Shown here piece after piece: positions 8,720-11,192 of a DNA stretch of 11,192 nt. The position numbers and the translations under genes were made by a program. Position 1 is the stretch's first letter, and each line of letters opens with the position of its first letter. The notes beneath the pieces were generated by a model. That model was not told the origin of the DNA, searched no databases, and saw only the letters and a program-made list of their open reading frames with translations. Origin of the DNA: a candidate division FCPU426 bacterium (GTDB lineage Bacteria; Oederibacteriota; Muellerivitia; Muellerivitales; Muellerivitaceae); the NCBI GenBank assembly GCA_963830915.1, contig CAWHOE010000025.1, positions 1-11,192 of the forward strand. Reading direction: 5' to 3'.

Positions 8720-8740
8720 CTTCAAATTGGTGAAGGGTCT

Positions 8741-9421
8741 TTACTTCTTCCACCGCGAGAACCAGTAGCTCCCCACCCAGATCGGGATGAAGATCAACAC
8801 CAGCATGGGCAGCAAATGGTCCACCAGCATGTGGCAGGTCTCCCAGTGGGCGCAATGGATCTGGATGGTCCCAGTCCCCAGCAGGAATGCCGAAGCCCCC
8901 AGCCAGGCCCCGGTCCATCCAGGGTGGAAAGAAGCGTTGCGAGAGGCCATCCATCCCAGCATCACCCAGGACGGCAGGGCCACCAGCACCACCGTCCTCA
9001 CGCAGAACCATCCATCAGCCGTATTCAGGGTCCAGACCTGGGTCAGGTTGTCATGGTCGAAGAACAAGAATGGCATACTGAACAGGAACAGGATGAGCCC
9101 ACCGGCCAGCGACCGAAGCGCCTGGTTGGGCCGGTAGTCGGGCTTGCTGGAGGCGATACCCATCCAGGCCGTGAAGGCCGAAAGCGCGAAAGCCAGGAAC
9201 AGGAATCCCCCCGAGAAAGGGTCGGTGAGTTTTTCCCATATCTCGAACTGGGGCCCGATCAAGGATAGGGAAACTCCCGCCACGACCAAAGCAAAAGCCA
9301 ACCAGACCAGCCATTGCCGAAGGACAGAAGGCGCCGGACGCAGGGGTTTGGTGTCCGCGGCGAGTTTTTCCAACAGGCGTCGGCTGGATTCGGATAGATG
9401 ATTCGGCACGGGTTCGCTCAT
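8741..9421 (-). CDS. nrsF: NrsF-family (DUF1109) membrane anti-sigma factor (226 aa)
   Basis: N-terminal LLEKLAADTKPLRP, about 6 hydrophobic segments, Cys140 (GWFC), PGWTGAWLG and IHC (Cys190). It overlaps the sigma-factor stop codon (ATGA at 9418-9421), the usual arrangement for ECF-NrsF pairs. Confidence 0.85.
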   Translation of the reverse strand: MSEPVPNHLSESSRRLLEKLAADTKPLRPAPSVLRQWLVWLAFALVVAGVSLSLIGPQFEIWEKLTDPFSGGFLFLAFALSAFTAWMGIASSKPDYRPNQALRSLAGGLILFLFSMPFLFFDHDNLTQVWTLNTADGWFCVRTVVLVALPSWVMLGWMASRNASFHPGWTGAWLGASAFLLGTGTIQIHCAHWETCHMLVDHLLPMLVLIFIPIWVGSYWFSRWKK

Positions 9422-9978
9422 TCGTTCTTTTCCTTTTGATCCATCAGGAACTTCCTCAGCAGCTCATATCCCCGGTGGGCCCTCACCCTCAGGGCGCCCT
9501 GGGAAACACCCAGTTCCTTCGCCGCTTCGTCCACGCTCATTCCCCGGAACTTAAGCATCTCCACCGCTTGGCGGTTCCCCTCCGGCAAGGAGGCCAGGGC
9601 CTGATGGAGCCGGTCATCCACTTCCCCCTCGGCCTGTTCCAGGGCCGCGACCTTAGTGAAGTCCTCCGTCAGTTCCTCGCGCTCGGCGATCCTGCGGTTC
9701 TTTTTCAACACATCCCAGATGGCGTTGCGGATCACTGCGAAAAACCAGGGGCCGAAGGGCATCTCCGGGCGGTAAGTGTGCCTGGCCTTGTGGAAGGTCA
9801 GCAACACTTCCTGGAACACATCCTCCACATTCTCCCGGTTGAAAACCCTCTTGCGCACGAAGTTGAAAACCAGGGGACTGATTCCCGCCAGAAGGCTTTC
9901 GTAGGCTTCCCGGTCCCCTTCCTGGGTCCTTTTCATCAACCCGGTCCAGCCGCGCCATTGGTCGTCGTTGAAGTCCAA
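9418..9978 (-). CDS. ECF sigma-70 family RNA polymerase sigma factor (SigF/ECF16-like), ~186 aa
   Basis: Region 2: GDREAYESLL...EDVFQEVLLTFHKARHTYRPEMPFGPWFFAVIRN. Region 4: LHQALASLPEGNRQAVEMLKFRGMSVDEAAKELGVSQGALRVRAHRG. Probable TTG start at 9978 with AAGGAG 9 nt upstream; the track's 10065 start overlaps the promoter. Confidence 0.92.
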   Translation of the reverse strand: MDFNDDQWRGWTGLMKRTQEGDREAYESLLAGISPLVFNFVRKRVFNRENVEDVFQEVLLTFHKARHTYRPEMPFGPWFFAVIRNAIWDVLKKNRRIAEREELTEDFTKVAALEQAEGEVDDRLHQALASLPEGNRQAVEMLKFRGMSVDEAAKELGVSQGALRVRAHRGYELLRKFLMDQKEKNE

Positions 9979-10000
9979 AGGCCCCAACTCCTTGTCTATC

Positions 10001-10028
10001 AATACTTGTTTGCCAAGGATAAAGTTAC
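10001..10028 (-). promoter_or_regulatory. ECF-type promoter GTAACT-N16-AGTATT (autoregulatory, sigma/anti-sigma operon)
   Basis: Minus strand reads GTAACT ttatccttggcaaaca AGTATT, directly upstream of the AAGGAG SD. It resembles the GTAAC-N16-CG(A/T)A promoters described for NrsF-controlled ECFs. Confidence 0.65.
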
Positions 10029-10093
10029 CTGATTTTTTGGGAAAAAGAAGGAATTCACGCCCCAAACCCCCAAAATTTTTTAGCCCTTAGTCC

Positions 10094-10121
10094 GTAACTT
10101 TTACTTTCGCCCAGCCGTATT
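10094..10121 (+). promoter_or_regulatory. ECF-type promoter GTAACT-N16-CGTATT driving the cupredoxin lipoprotein gene
   Basis: Plus strand reads GTAACT tttactttcgcccagc CGTATT, 38 nt upstream of the ATG at 10160. Same -35, spacing and GTATT as the divergent promoter. Confidence 0.72.
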
Positions 10122-10159
10122 CAGGGAGGCATCGGATCCTATCGACTCGGGGGAGAATC

Positions 10160-11167
10160 ATGGCGAAAGTCCGTTTATTTTACGTTGTTTTCAGTCTGAT
10201 CACTTTGATCTCTTTGGCTTGCGGCAGGACCGTCTCCGTTCCCACCATGCCTCCACCCCCTCCCACAGCCACATTCACCTCGACGATCACCGCTCTCCCA
10301 ACACTCACCTTTACCCCAACCCTTTCTCCCACCAGCGTCAACACAGCCACCCTGACCCATTCGCCGACGAATTCCTTTACTCCTACAGTTACTTTCTCAC
10401 CCACTTTAACCTTCACACCCAGTTTCACCGGTACGCCTACGAACACCGTGACCGCCAGTAACACACCCACTCAAACAGACACACCTACCGTTACCGACAC
10501 GCTCACACTCTCCTTCACACCGACTTCGACCCTTTCTCCCACCCTCACCTATACCCCCACCGACACCATTACGGATACCGCCACTTTCACCCCAACGGAT
10601 ACCCCTACCGTTACCGATTCACCAACCCTCTCATTCACCCCCACAACGACGCTCTCCCCCACCAGTACCGATACCCCAACCGATACTTTTACCAATACGT
10701 CAACCTCCACTTTGACAGATACCCCTACGGTCACCGATACTTTCATCGACAGTCCGACCGCCTCCCCGACCGCCACCGCTACTTTATCCCCAACTGGGAC
10801 TTCCACATCCACCCCGACGCACACCTCCACCTCAGCCAATACGCCCACGCCGACCGAAACACCCTTCACGGTGACCATCTCTTATGGGGGTTCCTTGAAC
10901 TATTCACCCGCGGCGGTCACTATCAGCGCCGGTAGTACGGTCATCTGGGACAGTTCGCTCGGGACCGGCACTTCCAGCCACACCCTCTATATCGATACCG
11001 GCACTCAGACCGCCTGCGGTCCCAACCCACCCTCCCACGGCTATCCGGCGACGGTGGTCTTTCCCTCGACCGGAACCTTCCATTTCCATTGTTCCTACCA
11101 TACCGGCTGCGGGACCAGTTGTTCGGCCTGTTCCGGCGGGATGCAGGGCGTAGTGGTCGTTCAGTAA
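10160..11167 (+). CDS. Lipoprotein with long Thr/Pro-rich stalk and C-terminal cupredoxin (plastocyanin/azurin-like) domain (335 aa)
   Basis: GGGAGA SD. Hydrophobic signal ends ISLA-C21 (near-canonical lipobox). Thr-rich region spans ~aa 35-234. Cupredoxin motifs YSPAAVTISAGSTVIW, H274 and GTFHFHC311-SY-H314...M328-QGVVVV. Confidence 0.88.
   Translation: MAKVRLFYVVFSLITLISLACGRTVSVPTMPPPPPTATFTSTITALPTLTFTPTLSPTSVNTATLTHSPTNSFTPTVTFSPTLTFTPSFTGTPTNTVTASNTPTQTDTPTVTDTLTLSFTPTSTLSPTLTYTPTDTITDTATFTPTDTPTVTDSPTLSFTPTTTLSPTSTDTPTDTFTNTSTSTLTDTPTVTDTFIDSPTASPTATATLSPTGTSTSTPTHTSTSANTPTPTETPFTVTISYGGSLNYSPAAVTISAGSTVIWDSSLGTGTSSHTLYIDTGTQTACGPNPPSHGYPATVVFPSTGTFHFHCSYHTGCGTSCSACSGGMQGVVVVQ
10475..10800 (+). 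repeat. Degenerate 120-nt (40-aa) tandem repeat within the Thr-rich stalk, ~3 copies
   Basis: TDTPTVTD starts at 10475, 10595 and 10715, exactly 120 nt apart. The DNA is also similar (acacctaccgttaccgac / acccctaccgttaccgat / acccctacggtcaccgat). Confidence 0.75.
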
Positions 11168-11192
11168 AAGGAGGATGGGGGGCTGTGATTTC

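Noticed and set aside
10475..10800. Periodic repeats as a possible CRISPR array, or TxT repeats as an ice-binding beta-solenoid
   Set aside because: The repeats are degenerate, in-frame and coding, with no unique spacers or cas genes. Frequent Pro favours an extended linker over a beta-solenoid.
10180..10878. Minus-strand Val-rich ORFs (10180-10470, 10549-10878)
   Set aside because: Antisense mirror of the Thr-rich stalk.
11090..11143. CxxH/CxxC as a heme c (CxxCH), CuA or radical-SAM motif
   Set aside because: There is no CxxCH, and the ligand order does not fit CuA. C-x3-C-x2-C formally matches radical-SAM spacing, but it sits in an exported cupredoxin loop with no TIM barrel.

Overview
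Bacterial window of moderate GC from a likely diderm organism: it has a C-terminal-Phe beta-barrel, a lipoprotein, and secreted proteins with TxTPT linkers and a YPNP-type C-terminal Ig/sorting domain. Left to right: (1) a disrupted and probably chimeric minus-strand secreted-protein gene (1-1011, two frameshifts, abrupt composition change near 467); (2) a DUF3553-like hypothetical protein; (3) a small ParB/Srx-like protein; (4) a 1342-aa secreted reprolysin-type (M12B-like) metalloprotease with Ig, lectin-like, Kelch and C-terminal FlgD-Ig/T9SS-like domains; (5) an outer-membrane beta-barrel divergent from an orphan XylF-like binding protein whose xylose-contact residues are mostly substituted; (6) an ECF sigma factor plus NrsF (DUF1109) anti-sigma pair, divergent from a lipoprotein carrying a cupredoxin on a ~210-aa Thr-rich stalk. 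Item 6 is the best candidate for an undescribed system. Two back-to-back matching promoters (GTAACT-N16-[A/C]GTATT) link the sigma operon and the cupredoxin gene, and the copper loop is atypical (C-x2-H-x13-M, with three extra Cys inside the loop and a fourth upstream). All family calls come from motif recognition by eye; no searches were run.
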